64,000 bases of DNA from an uncultured Candidatus Saccharibacteria bacterium. GTDB taxonomy: Bacteria; Patescibacteriota; CPR2; UBA1875; CAIMLA01. Of the stretch, positions 7,958 to 17,861 are shown one piece after another. The stretch lies in assembly GCA_964594415.1 (NCBI GenBank), contig CAZQLQ010000005.1, positions 96-64,095 of the forward strand, in the 5' to 3' direction. The notes beneath the pieces were generated by a model. That model saw only the letters and a program-made list of their open reading frames with translations, ran no database searches and was not told the DNA's origin. Both the position numbers and the translations under genes were made by a program. Within the stretch, counting starts at the first letter, position 1. Each line of letters begins with the position of its first letter.

Positions 7958-9223
7958 TTAATTACGCGATATTTTATCTTTTCCTATGTATTCTTGCAAT
8001 ACTTTGGGAATGGTTATCTCTCCGTTCTTGGTTTGGTTATTCTCCATAATCGCTATAAGCGCTCTGGTGATCGCAATCGCTGTGCCATTTAGCATACTTA
8101 CAAACTTCTTCTTTCCGTCATCGTCTTTATACTTGATATTTAAGCCCCTTGCCTGATAATCGGTGCAGTTTGAGGTAGAGGTAATTTCTGCCCAATCTCC
8201 CATCCCGTTATTCTTGTTTGGTTTTCCTGGCATCCAGGCTTCTAGGTCGTATGTTCGGATTGCTGGAGTTCCTAGATCGGCTGTACAGTGATCAATTATT
8301 CGATATGGGATTTCAAGTCCGTTGAATATCTCTTTTTCAATTTCAAGAAGCTCTTTATGTGCGCTCTCGGCATTTTCTGGTAATACGTATTGAAACATCT
8401 CAATTTTAGTAAACTGATGAACCCTGAAAATTCCCTTAGAAAATTTTGAATATGATCCTGCTTCTGTCCTAAAACAATGGGAAACAGCAACGTATTTTTT
8501 GGGAAGCTCAGTTTTTTCAAAAACCTCATTCATATGATAGCCTCCCATTGTAATCTCTGCCGTTCCGATAAGCGATAAGTCAGTATTCTCAATATTATAA
8601 ACTTGCGTTGATTCTCCTCTTGGGTTAAATCCAAGTCCTTCCAAAACCTCTCTTTTTGCTATATCTGGAGTTGAAAATGGTATAAATCCATGCCTAGTGA
8701 CTACTTTTAGAGCGTATTGGATCAAGGCAAACTCCAAAAGAGCCAACTCATTTTTCAAATAATAAAATTTTGCACCAGTCACCTTCGTAGCTCTTTCAAA
8801 GTCAACCAAATCAAGTTTTTCTGAAAGGGCTACATGATCAAGGGGTGCGAAATCAAAATCAGTCGGCTCCTTTACGATCTCCAGTATTGGATTGTCGTCT
8901 TCATTCTCGCTAATAAACACTTCGCTGTGTGTTTTGTTCGGTATTTGAAACAGAATTTCTTTGTACTCAGTCTCTATTTTTTCAAGCTCTTTTGAAAGTT
9001 CGTCCTCCCTCTCTTTATCGAAAGTGAGTTTTTTCAATTCTTCGTCTGTCGGCTTATTTTTTAACAGGTTCTTTTTGGCTCTAATTTCATCTATTTGAAG
9101 AATTAGTTCGGAACGTTTATTGTCTAGTTCGAAAAATCTATCAAGGTCTGCTTTACTGCCGCGATTTTTTATATTATTCCTAACTTCGTCTGGATTTTCT
9201 CTTATATAGTTTATATCTAACAT
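7958..9223 (-). CDS. serS: Seryl-tRNA synthetase
   Basis: N-terminal coiled-coil arm 'LDINYIRENPDEV...' plus a class II core. Confidence 0.85.
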   Translation of the reverse strand: MLDINYIRENPDEVRNNIKNRGSKADLDRFFELDNKRSELILQIDEIRAKKNLLKNKPTDEELKKLTFDKEREDELSKELEKIETEYKEILFQIPNKTHSEVFISENEDDNPILEIVKEPTDFDFAPLDHVALSEKLDLVDFERATKVTGAKFYYLKNELALLEFALIQYALKVVTRHGFIPFSTPDIAKREVLEGLGFNPRGESTQVYNIENTDLSLIGTAEITMGGYHMNEVFEKTELPKKYVAVSHCFRTEAGSYSKFSKGIFRVHQFTKIEMFQYVLPENAESAHKELLEIEKEIFNGLEIPYRIIDHCTADLGTPAIRTYDLEAWMPGKPNKNNGMGDWAEITSTSNCTDYQARGLNIKYKDDDGKKKFVSMLNGTAIAITRALIAIMENNQTKNGEITIPKVLQEYIGKDKISRN

Positions 9224-9243
9224 TTTAGCTCCTTTCTGTAGGC

Positions 9244-10824
9244 TTATTCGGTCGCTTTTTTCAATATATCTACAACCAAGGTATTATCGAGTGATGCGAG
9301 TAGCCATCCGGCCTGAGGGCCACTCTCTTTCCCTAAAAATAATTTGTAAATACCACTAAAGGCTTCTTTTGGTTCTATTTGGATCTCATTTTTAATCTCA
9401 TGAATTTTGCTATGCAGTTCATCTCCGGACCAATTTTGTTGCGAAGAGAACACCTCCAGTAATTTCCTCAAGAACTCGATTTGCCGGTCTGAAAGTTCAT
9501 TGATGTATTGTTTTAGTGAACTGTTTTCTGGACTATCAATTATCTTAAAAATAAAACTTTCAGGGGCAAATTTTTCAAGCCAGAGCTCTGCATATTTAAT
9601 ACGCTCTTCAAGTTTTTCCTTTTCATAGTCAGTTAGTTCTGATCCTTTTTCTTTTACGGCTTCTTCGTGAATATCCAGTCTAGGCATTTGTATAGTAAGA
9701 GCTACTTTGGAAAATCTCATTCTATATCCTGGATTGAAGTTTTCTTCTTGTACTATTTCATAGGCACGAGCAAGATCTGGAAAGTCGATCTTTTTTTCAT
9801 AAGCACTCATTGCTCGGTCGTAGTCATCGTATAGGTTGGGAACCGTATTTCCGTTTGGATCAAAATCAATAGTTTTCTTTGGGTTCTTTGCCATTAAGTA
9901 TCTAAGCAGCTCTTTTGGAAGAAGCTCTGCCATCTCTCTGGCGGTAACCCCTATTCCTTTGGACGAGCTCATTTTCTTCCCGCCAATATATAACCAGTCA
10001 TACCTGATATCGATAGGCGGTTCACTATTGAAAATCTGCCTAACCAAGATATCTGCCAAATCTCTTGAGCCACCTGCTGACCAGTGGTCCTTGCCTTCCC
10101 CCTCAACGGTTATTCCAAGATGCCACCAACGCGCTGGCCATTCTACTCTCCAATAGAGCTTACCGTTACCGTTGTAGGGGCTCATTTTCCCTGTATGTCC
10201 GCACCCGTCAGCCCATTCTACTTTTGATTTTTCGCAAACATATTCTACTTTTTCTCCATCCCAGTTTGAAACGGTGGTAGTGCCGATTTTCCCGCATTTT
10301 TCGCAAATTGGCTGGAAAGGATACCAGTTTTCGCCTTTTTCGGTGCCACTATATTTTTTGTACAGTTCGGCAATTTCGGTCGAATTGTCTAAAGCAATTT
10401 TTATGGCCTCGTTATATTTGCCTTCTTTATAAAGCCTTGAGTTCCATATAAATTCAGGATTGGTGCCGGCAATCCTTACTGTTTCAATAAAATTATTCCC
10501 AAAGTACTCTGCCAGTGATTTGTCCTTATCTACAGGAGAAGGGATGTTGCAGAGGGGCTTCCCCATCTCTTTATTATAGACTGTTGAGTCTAGATAAGAA
10601 GGCAACCCGTCCATAGGATCTATATCATCCATGATAAAAGTAAATCTAGACTTTAGGCCATCCTTTAGAAGAACCTTGTTTGCGATGTCATGGATAATAA
10701 TTCCCCTTAGGCTTCCGACGTGGGCAAATCCTGAAGTGCTCCAGGCATCATCAACTAGCTGTTGCTTTTTTTTATCTAATTTTTTTGCAATTTCATCTGC
10801 CCAAAACATAATATCTGTACCCAT
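9244..10824 (-). CDS. lysK: Lysyl-tRNA synthetase, class I (archaeal-type)
   Basis: 'FWADEIA..SGFAHVGSLRG' matches the HWAD / SG..HVGN.RE start of LysRS-I. The 'KMSSSKG' motif is present. Length is about 526 aa. Confidence 0.75.
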   Translation of the reverse strand: MGTDIMFWADEIAKKLDKKKQQLVDDAWSTSGFAHVGSLRGIIIHDIANKVLLKDGLKSRFTFIMDDIDPMDGLPSYLDSTVYNKEMGKPLCNIPSPVDKDKSLAEYFGNNFIETVRIAGTNPEFIWNSRLYKEGKYNEAIKIALDNSTEIAELYKKYSGTEKGENWYPFQPICEKCGKIGTTTVSNWDGEKVEYVCEKSKVEWADGCGHTGKMSPYNGNGKLYWRVEWPARWWHLGITVEGEGKDHWSAGGSRDLADILVRQIFNSEPPIDIRYDWLYIGGKKMSSSKGIGVTAREMAELLPKELLRYLMAKNPKKTIDFDPNGNTVPNLYDDYDRAMSAYEKKIDFPDLARAYEIVQEENFNPGYRMRFSKVALTIQMPRLDIHEEAVKEKGSELTDYEKEKLEERIKYAELWLEKFAPESFIFKIIDSPENSSLKQYINELSDRQIEFLRKLLEVFSSQQNWSGDELHSKIHEIKNEIQIEPKEAFSGIYKLFLGKESGPQAGWLLASLDNTLVVDILKKATE

Positions 10825-10871
10825 TATTTATCTTTGTATTTTAACCTAAAATCAATAAAAAATCTACTTAA

Positions 10872-10894
10872 AAACCCCTCGATATGAGGGGTTT
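10872..10894 (-). terminator. Intrinsic terminator after greA
   Basis: 'aaacccctc-gatatg-aggggttt' hairpin followed on the minus strand by a T-rich run. Confidence 0.6.
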
Positions 10895-10911
10895 GGTGTT
10901 TAGAAATATTA

Positions 10912-11379
10912 TTATGCTATTTTTTTGATGACATATCTCATCTTACCGGCAGGAACTTCTATCTCTATTTCTTCGCCCTTACCACGACCAAGAAGTGCTT
11001 TTCCGATTGGCGATTCATTCGAAATCCATCCTTTTTCCGGGTCTGCTTCGGCTGAACCGACAATTTTAAATTGCATTTCGCTACTCTCAAGTTCTACGTG
11101 TACTGTACAACCGATTTGTACTTTTTCGCAATTTGTATGATTTTCCTCGATGATCACGGTGTTCTTTAGAATATGTTCTAGCTCGGCTATTCGGCCTTCA
11201 GTAAATGCCTGTTGATCCTTGGCGTCTGCATATTCTGAGTTTTCGCTCAAGTCACCATATTCTTTGGCTTGCTTAATCATATTTGCTATATTTTTTCTAC
11301 CACTGGTAGTTAACTCTTCATATTCTTTTTGAAGTTTTTCATACCCTTCTTTCGTAAGATATACTGATTTTGTTTCCAT
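10912..11379 (-). CDS. greA: Transcription elongation factor GreA
   Basis: 'YLTKEGYEKLQKEYEEL' N-terminal coiled coil plus an FKBP-like C-terminal domain. Confidence 0.85.
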   Translation of the reverse strand: METKSVYLTKEGYEKLQKEYEELTTSGRKNIANMIKQAKEYGDLSENSEYADAKDQQAFTEGRIAELEHILKNTVIIEENHTNCEKVQIGCTVHVELESSEMQFKIVGSAEADPEKGWISNESPIGKALLGRGKGEEIEIEVPAGKMRYVIKKIA

Positions 11380-11486
11380 TTCTTTCTCCCTTCTTTGTAG
11401 AGTAAAAAATAATAGGAGTAAACCCCTATAAGTCTTTTTGTGTGCTATAAAATTTTATTAATTTTATAAAATTAAGTCAATATTTT

Positions 11487-12893
11487 TTATGCGAATTTTT
11501 GTTTCAAGAACGAGGAGATGTCTTCAATTTTTATCCTCTCTTGATTCATGGAATCGCGTTCTCTGATTGTTACCGTGTTATCTTCTATGGTATCAAAATC
11601 TACCGTAATGCAATAAGGGGTACCAATTTCGTCTTGTCTTCGGTATCTCTTCCCGATATTTCCATTATCGTCAAATTCGCACATAAAATCAGATTGCAAT
11701 GAATTATAAAGGTTTTTTGCTTTTTCTACAAGAGTTTCTTTGTTCTTAAGAAGCGGAAATACGGCAACCTTAACGGGAGCAAGCTTGTGTGGGAACTTAA
11801 GGACTGTTCTTACTTCTCCATCTACATTTTCTTCGGTATAAGCGTTATCAAGCACCATGAGTGTTATTCTATTTAATCCTGCCGAAGTCTCCATGATATG
11901 AGGTATGAACTTGTCATTTGTGTAAGGATCGATATAGCTAAGATCAACACCTGAAAATTTTGAGTGTTGTGACAAATCCCAGTCTCCCCTTGCATGTATT
12001 CCCTCAACTTCTCTAAACCCGCCCAACGACTTAAAGTTATATTCTATGTCGTATGCCTCGGAAGCATAATGAGCTAGTTTAGTATGCTTGTACCATCTAA
12101 TATTTTCTTCTTCGATGCCAAGATCTAGATACCATTGCCATCTAACTTGCTTCCATTCTTCATATTTTTTCTTCATCATGTCCTTGTGAAGAAAATATTG
12201 CATTTCCATTTGTTCGAATTCTCTGGTTCTAAAGATAAATTGACGTGCTACAATCTCATTTCTAAAAGCTTTCCCGACCTGAGCAATGCCAAAAGGCAAC
12301 TTGGGATGTAAGGAGTCAATTACATTTTTATATTCAAGATAAATACCTCCGCAGGTTTCTGGTCGTAAATACACTACGTTTTCTTCCGAAAGTTTCTCTG
12401 TAGGCGATCCCAGGTTTGATTTAACCATTAAAGAAAATATTTTTGCTTTAGTCAGGTCCGTTGAGCCGCAACTACTGCATTTAAGTTTTTTTTCGGTGCG
12501 GAGCCTGTCCAGCTCTTTATTAATAAATTCAATAGTGGCCTTGTCTGCATCAATGCCTAAACTTTCTAAAAGATGATCCGCTCTCATTCGGTTGTTGCAT
12601 TTTTTACAATCTACTTGAGGGTCATTGAAGCCGCTTACGTGACCGGAGGCTTCCCAAGTTTTCGGGTGCATAAAAATTGCGCTATCTAGTCCATAAACGT
12701 CGTCTCTTAGTTGGACCATGCTTTTCCACCAATTGTCTCGAATGTTATTTTTCAACAATGTACCATAGTGTCCATAGTCGTATATAGCTGCGAAACCGCC
12801 ATAAATTTCAGACGAGGCGTATATAAACCCTCTTCGTTTTGCTAAAGAGGCAATTTTTTCCATAGTTACTTGATTGTTTATATGCTTACTCAT
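11487..12893 (-). CDS. glyQS: Glycyl-tRNA synthetase (alpha2 dimeric type)
   Basis: 'EKIASLAKRRGFIYASSEIYGGFAAIYDYGHYG'; 468 aa. Confidence 0.85.
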   Translation of the reverse strand: MSKHINNQVTMEKIASLAKRRGFIYASSEIYGGFAAIYDYGHYGTLLKNNIRDNWWKSMVQLRDDVYGLDSAIFMHPKTWEASGHVSGFNDPQVDCKKCNNRMRADHLLESLGIDADKATIEFINKELDRLRTEKKLKCSSCGSTDLTKAKIFSLMVKSNLGSPTEKLSEENVVYLRPETCGGIYLEYKNVIDSLHPKLPFGIAQVGKAFRNEIVARQFIFRTREFEQMEMQYFLHKDMMKKKYEEWKQVRWQWYLDLGIEEENIRWYKHTKLAHYASEAYDIEYNFKSLGGFREVEGIHARGDWDLSQHSKFSGVDLSYIDPYTNDKFIPHIMETSAGLNRITLMVLDNAYTEENVDGEVRTVLKFPHKLAPVKVAVFPLLKNKETLVEKAKNLYNSLQSDFMCEFDDNGNIGKRYRRQDEIGTPYCITVDFDTIEDNTVTIRERDSMNQERIKIEDISSFLKQKFA

Positions 12894-12895
12894 AA

Positions 12896-13231
12896 TTAAC
12901 TCCTAAATCGTTTTTTATCTAAGAGGCTCATGCCTTCGTCTTCGTCAATTTTGCCGAGCTCAATTAAGTAGTGAATATCGATTACGTATTCATCATAAAG
13001 CTTGTTAAACAAGCTTTCGTTTTCTTGTGACAGGATAAAAAAAGTTTTTTCGGTATCTTCGATCCAAGAAGATATCTCGTCTGTGCTCATTAACTCACCT
13101 TCTGTATGGAGATCGTCTTCGATCAGACAATCAGGGATCTCCTCATTCTTGATGAGATAATCTGCTTTTGTCCACGCTAGCATTGAAAGCTGTTTTTCAG
13201 TTTTTGATATTTCTTCTGTCATACAATGCAC
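12896..13231 (-). CDS. Hypothetical acidic protein
   Basis: ORF only. It is D/E-rich and likely co-transcribed, since it overlaps the glyQS start. Confidence 0.4.
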   Translation of the reverse strand: MHCMTEEISKTEKQLSMLAWTKADYLIKNEEIPDCLIEDDLHTEGELMSTDEISSWIEDTEKTFFILSQENESLFNKLYDEYVIDIHYLIELGKIDEDEGMSLLDKKRFRS

Positions 13232-13267
13232 ATATGATATATTTTTTTGCTTTAAAGGTCAATAAAA

Positions 13268-14002
13268 TTAAGCCTCATTTAGCTTTAAGGATTTGAGTTT
13301 TAGGTCTGAAACTGCAAAGAAATAATCATTTGCAATCTCAGCCGCTTCCTCGAGAATTTCGGTTGGGATTCTAATACGGAAAAGCTTCTCTATCGATTCT
13401 TCGGAGATAAACTTCCAAAACTTCAAGAAATCCTTGTTTACGGGCCTCTTATCGTAAAAATAATCACCGCATTGTAGGTCTAGTGCGCCACATGCAAGGT
13501 TGCTGAAGAAGTTCACATTGTCTAATTCCGCATTACATTTTACACATCTTCTTATATGTGGAAATTGTCCTGAAATTCTCAAATATTGGCTGACAAAGTA
13601 GAGCTTTATAAGTTCATCCTCTCCTCTTATTTTGTAGTTTGACAAACAAGTCTCATAAAGATCGTACAGCTCCGGAGCAGGGTGGTTTTCGGGTAGGGTT
13701 TTCTCTATGACTTCTGTCATGAAGTAAAGATTTTTTAAATTTCCCAAATTTGTACTGTGTCCAAGATAATTTTCTATTAGGCTTACTTCTGTGGCTATCT
13801 TGAAAGTTTTCCCTCTATGCAGGATAAACTGTGACTTGTTCATCATTTCGATATGGCCGCAAAACTTGCTTTTCATTTTTCTTGCGCCTTTGGCGATAAC
13901 TTTTATTTTTCCTTCGTTTTTTGTAAATAAAGTAATAATCTTGTCGGATTCGCCAAAATTTACTCTTTTTAATATTATTCCACTTACCTTTTTACTATTC
14001 AT
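13268..14002 (-). CDS. recO: DNA repair protein RecO
   Basis: N-terminal OB fold 'GIILKRVNFGESDKIITLFT' and a Cys-x2-Cys zinc motif. Confidence 0.65.
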   Translation of the reverse strand: MNSKKVSGIILKRVNFGESDKIITLFTKNEGKIKVIAKGARKMKSKFCGHIEMMNKSQFILHRGKTFKIATEVSLIENYLGHSTNLGNLKNLYFMTEVIEKTLPENHPAPELYDLYETCLSNYKIRGEDELIKLYFVSQYLRISGQFPHIRRCVKCNAELDNVNFFSNLACGALDLQCGDYFYDKRPVNKDFLKFWKFISEESIEKLFRIRIPTEILEEAAEIANDYFFAVSDLKLKSLKLNEA

Positions 14003-14005
14003 AAG

Positions 14006-16069
14006 CTAAAACTGTTTCAGATAATTCAAGTCAATCTTGGCTGTCGGGACAGTTCCTTTCTTAAAATATTCTAATATATTTGGCTTTGATTTATAAGCAG
14101 AAAGAGTGCCGGTATACGGGCTAACCCAAGCTTCTTCAACATCGGATGGTTTCGCAAAGACTTCGTTTTCTGTATTCTTGAGACATTCTGTAATAACACC
14201 ATGCCAGATATATGCTGCTCCTTCGACTCCGCTAACTCTTTTCATGGGCGTATGGTCGTTGTTCCCCATCCAAACACCAACAACTAGACTTGGTGAATAA
14301 CCAATAGTCCAAGAGTCGGCATAATTGTCTGTAGTCCCGGTTTTTACCGCTGTAGTTTTCTCGGTTTTGAGCGGACTATTTAAGCCAAAAGTGGTAGAGC
14401 GAGCGTTATTGTCAGAAAGAATACTCGAGAGGATATATGCAGTTTCTGCAGATATGATCTGCTGTTTTTTGCGCTTCGGAGTGCTTATTTCGGCTCCCTC
14501 CTTATCTAACAGTTTCGTAATACTGGTTTGTGGCATCCTTTTGCCGGAATCCGCGAAGGTTGAATAGGCCTCAACCATGTCGACTAGCCTTACTTCTGCT
14601 GACCCTAATGCTATTGACAGGCCATATTCTTCAGCTTCATTATTTATACTCGTAATTCCTAAATTATGTGCGTAGTCTATTATCTTATCGGTCCCGACTA
14701 GTTTAGCCATCTCAACTGCAGGAATATTGAGTGATCTCGCAAGGGCGTTTCTAACGGTTACATACCCGCTATAGCCCCCACTATAGTTTTGTGGCGCATA
14801 GGCTGGAATTCCCCCGAAATTTACGTATTTGTCAATAAGTACGGTTGCAGCTGTGTATCCATTGTCTATTGCTGTTGCATAAACTATTGGCTTAAAAGAT
14901 GAGCCTGGCTGTCTTTCTGAGGTGGCAACATTTACTTTGCTTTCTTCCCAGTCTGCTCCCCCAACCATAGCAATTATTTCATTTGTTTCTGGATTAGCGA
15001 TTACTACGGCGCTGTTTGAAGCCCCTCTATACGAAAGTTTTTGCAACCAGAATTTTACTTGATCTTCCGCTATTTGTTGTTTTTCAGGGTCAAGTGAAGT
15101 GTAAACCTTTATCCCCGAGTCATTAAGATCTTTTACGGAAAGTTTTCTAGATAACTCGTCTTTCACGTATTGGTTGAAAAAAGGATACTTGTTAAGCACA
15201 AGATTTTGACTGTGGTTAAGGTATAATGTTGCGTTTGCGGATTCTTTCGCTTTGTTAAGAGAAATAAAGCCGTTTGAATACATTCTCTGAAGGACGTATT
15301 CTTGGCGTTTTTTTGAATTAACATAGGTTTCGCCAAAAGGCGAATAATATGTTGGGGATGCAGGAATACCCGCTAGCATACTAGCTTCTGCTAGAGTTAA
15401 CTCGCTTGTTTTTTTATTAAAGTAAATATTTGCTGCATTTTCTATTCCTAACGCTTGTTCCCCATAATATATTTCATTTAAGTAAAGCTCGAGAATCTCG
15501 TCTTTTGAATATTTAGACTCGATCTTATAGGAAAAGATAACCTCCTTAAGCTTTCTCTTGAAGGTTTTCTCGTCAGTAAGATAGATATTTTTTACCAGCT
15601 GTTGAGTAATAGTGCTTCCGCCTTGGATATAGGATTCTTCAGATAACAATCTCTTTATCTTCGATTTTGTATCACTATCGTCGCTACCCCAGTTGACATA
15701 TAGTGCTCTTGCAAGACTTTTAAAGTCTACCGCTCCATGGTTGTAAAAATCAGTATCTTCCGCAGCTAGAGTTGCCTGAATAACGGTTTGTGGAACATTA
15801 GTAAGTTCAATTCTCTTAGGTTCAGCGGCTCCATATCCTCTAAATATTTCGGCACCATCTTTATCATAGAAAACCAGTTGGGTCGAGTTGCTTCTAGGCT
15901 TAACTGACTCGAACTCTCTTGAATAGTTCAAATATATACCTGCCAAGCAAAAAACCGCAGTTAATATAATACCTGTTATAAACAAAAATAAACCACCGAA
16001 GATTATTCTTAAGCTCTTTTTTGCCCCCGATATAAATTTTTTGTATTTAAAATTCTCTTCTTTTTGCAT
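14006..16069 (-). CDS. Class A penicillin-binding protein (PBP1A-type transglycosylase/transpeptidase)
   Basis: GT51 'GGSTITQQLVKN'; transpeptidase 'SGSSFKP' (SxxK) and 'KTGTT'. Confidence 0.85.
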   Translation of the reverse strand: MQKEENFKYKKFISGAKKSLRIIFGGLFLFITGIILTAVFCLAGIYLNYSREFESVKPRSNSTQLVFYDKDGAEIFRGYGAAEPKRIELTNVPQTVIQATLAAEDTDFYNHGAVDFKSLARALYVNWGSDDSDTKSKIKRLLSEESYIQGGSTITQQLVKNIYLTDEKTFKRKLKEVIFSYKIESKYSKDEILELYLNEIYYGEQALGIENAANIYFNKKTSELTLAEASMLAGIPASPTYYSPFGETYVNSKKRQEYVLQRMYSNGFISLNKAKESANATLYLNHSQNLVLNKYPFFNQYVKDELSRKLSVKDLNDSGIKVYTSLDPEKQQIAEDQVKFWLQKLSYRGASNSAVVIANPETNEIIAMVGGADWEESKVNVATSERQPGSSFKPIVYATAIDNGYTAATVLIDKYVNFGGIPAYAPQNYSGGYSGYVTVRNALARSLNIPAVEMAKLVGTDKIIDYAHNLGITSINNEAEEYGLSIALGSAEVRLVDMVEAYSTFADSGKRMPQTSITKLLDKEGAEISTPKRKKQQIISAETAYILSSILSDNNARSTTFGLNSPLKTEKTTAVKTGTTDNYADSWTIGYSPSLVVGVWMGNNDHTPMKRVSGVEGAAYIWHGVITECLKNTENEVFAKPSDVEEAWVSPYTGTLSAYKSKPNILEYFKKGTVPTAKIDLNYLKQF

Positions 16070-16127
16070 TACAAGTAAATATTGTTAACTTATTAACAAC
16101 CTTAATAGCATAAGCTATCCATTTTAA

Positions 16128-17861
16128 TTAAATCTTTTTTCTAATATTTAATTTATTCAGGTAGAACAGGTACGTACTTGCAGAGAAGGCCTGAATGCCA
16201 CAACCCCACGAATCTAGCTTATTAGCCAAGCTTACTTCACCAGGCCTGCCAATGAAATTATGCCAAAGAATTTCTTCTGTTGAGGCGAAAATAAGCTCAT
16301 CGATAAAATATTTGTATTTTTTGGAATCGATATCGTTTAGCACTATAGCGGTAATATTATTTATAAAGAACCAGCTATCGCCGTTATGGTACGCATCGTT
16401 TGATAGCGACTTTTTAAATTCCGGACTTTTGATACTTATTGTTGAAAGTCCTCCCCACTTAAGCCATAAAAATGGCAGATGGCTATCTATCGTAATTTCC
16501 CATTCGCTTTTAGTTTGTAGCTCTGGTGCGAAAAAAGCCGCAAGCAAAATATTTGGTCTAGCCTCATTTTCGCCAAGCCGATCTACTTTTAAATTTCTCG
16601 AAAGCAGGTAGTGTTCTCTTATGTTCCTAATAAGATCTTCCCTTTTTGTTTTATATTTTTTGTCAAGAGTAAGCTTGTATGCTAGTTGCAAAATATTTGT
16701 ATAGTGCGCTTGAGTTTCAACCAAAAAACCTTCTCTTGCAATACTGTCCATCCATGATTCGTTCGGCGCGGAATAAATAAAGCCTAGTTCATTCTCAGTC
16801 TTTTCTAGCTCTGAAATAGCCGCTAATAACTTATTTTTTAGTTTTTCATTTTCATCTTTTGAGAGCTTTATACTTGTAATCAAAATTGCCCAGCACAATA
16901 TTCCTAGTGAGTCAGAAGTTAATTCTTTGTGACCTATCACTACAGGTATCTTTCCTGCTGGCCAATCTGCCTCTATATATTTTTTGATAATTTTTCTTAT
17001 AACAGGTTTTTCCAATACTGGTATTGATAAAAGTTCATCTCTACTCCAATGATCCGTAAACCAAGGAAGACCTGCCAAAACTCCGTTCTCCGTCGTAAGG
17101 TCTTGCATAGATTTTCTGCAAGCTACTCCGCCTGCCTTGTAAAGAGTTTCCAAGTCTGGATTGTTGTTCACCTTTGTTTTTTTATTAAAAATAAAAATTC
17201 TAGGTTTAACAATGTTCTCAAGGTTTTTCAAGGCTTCTTTTTCTGTTTCGCCGTAAGCAAATAAAATATTTTTTGCATTTACGTCGCCAAGATTGAATTC
17301 GTATAAAGTAGAGGGAGTCTGTCCTCTTTTTTCGTCTCTAGGATAATAGCATTGTTCCCATGTTTGTTTCTTTACTAATTTACCGCTAGTATGTATAGCA
17401 ACGAAAATTCCTGAGGTAATCTCGTTGTCAGTGTATTTTATTACAAGACCGTTATTGATTTCTGCTATAATTTCGTAGTTTCTTCCAAATTCGGGTGAAG
17501 AAAAAATCTTTCTGATATCAAGAAATATGCTTACGTTTTGTTTGGATGAGAGCTCGTAAGAAAAAGAAGGTTTATTTTCCGAGAGAGTAAACTTTTCTGA
17601 AAAATCACCGTATACTCTTACCACCTCTGAATTAACAGAGTCTATAATTTGTTCTTCTGGCTCGGGGTTATTAATTTTTATCTTAGCTAAAATCTTAATA
17701 TAACCCTGAGATGTTTTTACGAAAAAACCGTCATAACGACTTTGCGGCTTTTCGTAAAATATCATAAAATCTTTTCGTTTGTTTATCAGGCAGAATGCTT
17801 TGTCGTCCTTTTTTGAAACTTTTGCGATTGCCGGTGAAACGTGTTTATGAATTATTTTCAT
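16128..17861 (-). CDS. Putative alpha-glucan glycoside hydrolase, glucoamylase or debranching-enzyme-like
   Basis: Assigned by context in the glycogen cluster. Only weak motif recognition. Confidence 0.3.
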   Translation of the reverse strand: MKIIHKHVSPAIAKVSKKDDKAFCLINKRKDFMIFYEKPQSRYDGFFVKTSQGYIKILAKIKINNPEPEEQIIDSVNSEVVRVYGDFSEKFTLSENKPSFSYELSSKQNVSIFLDIRKIFSSPEFGRNYEIIAEINNGLVIKYTDNEITSGIFVAIHTSGKLVKKQTWEQCYYPRDEKRGQTPSTLYEFNLGDVNAKNILFAYGETEKEALKNLENIVKPRIFIFNKKTKVNNNPDLETLYKAGGVACRKSMQDLTTENGVLAGLPWFTDHWSRDELLSIPVLEKPVIRKIIKKYIEADWPAGKIPVVIGHKELTSDSLGILCWAILITSIKLSKDENEKLKNKLLAAISELEKTENELGFIYSAPNESWMDSIAREGFLVETQAHYTNILQLAYKLTLDKKYKTKREDLIRNIREHYLLSRNLKVDRLGENEARPNILLAAFFAPELQTKSEWEITIDSHLPFLWLKWGGLSTISIKSPEFKKSLSNDAYHNGDSWFFINNITAIVLNDIDSKKYKYFIDELIFASTEEILWHNFIGRPGEVSLANKLDSWGCGIQAFSASTYLFYLNKLNIRKKI

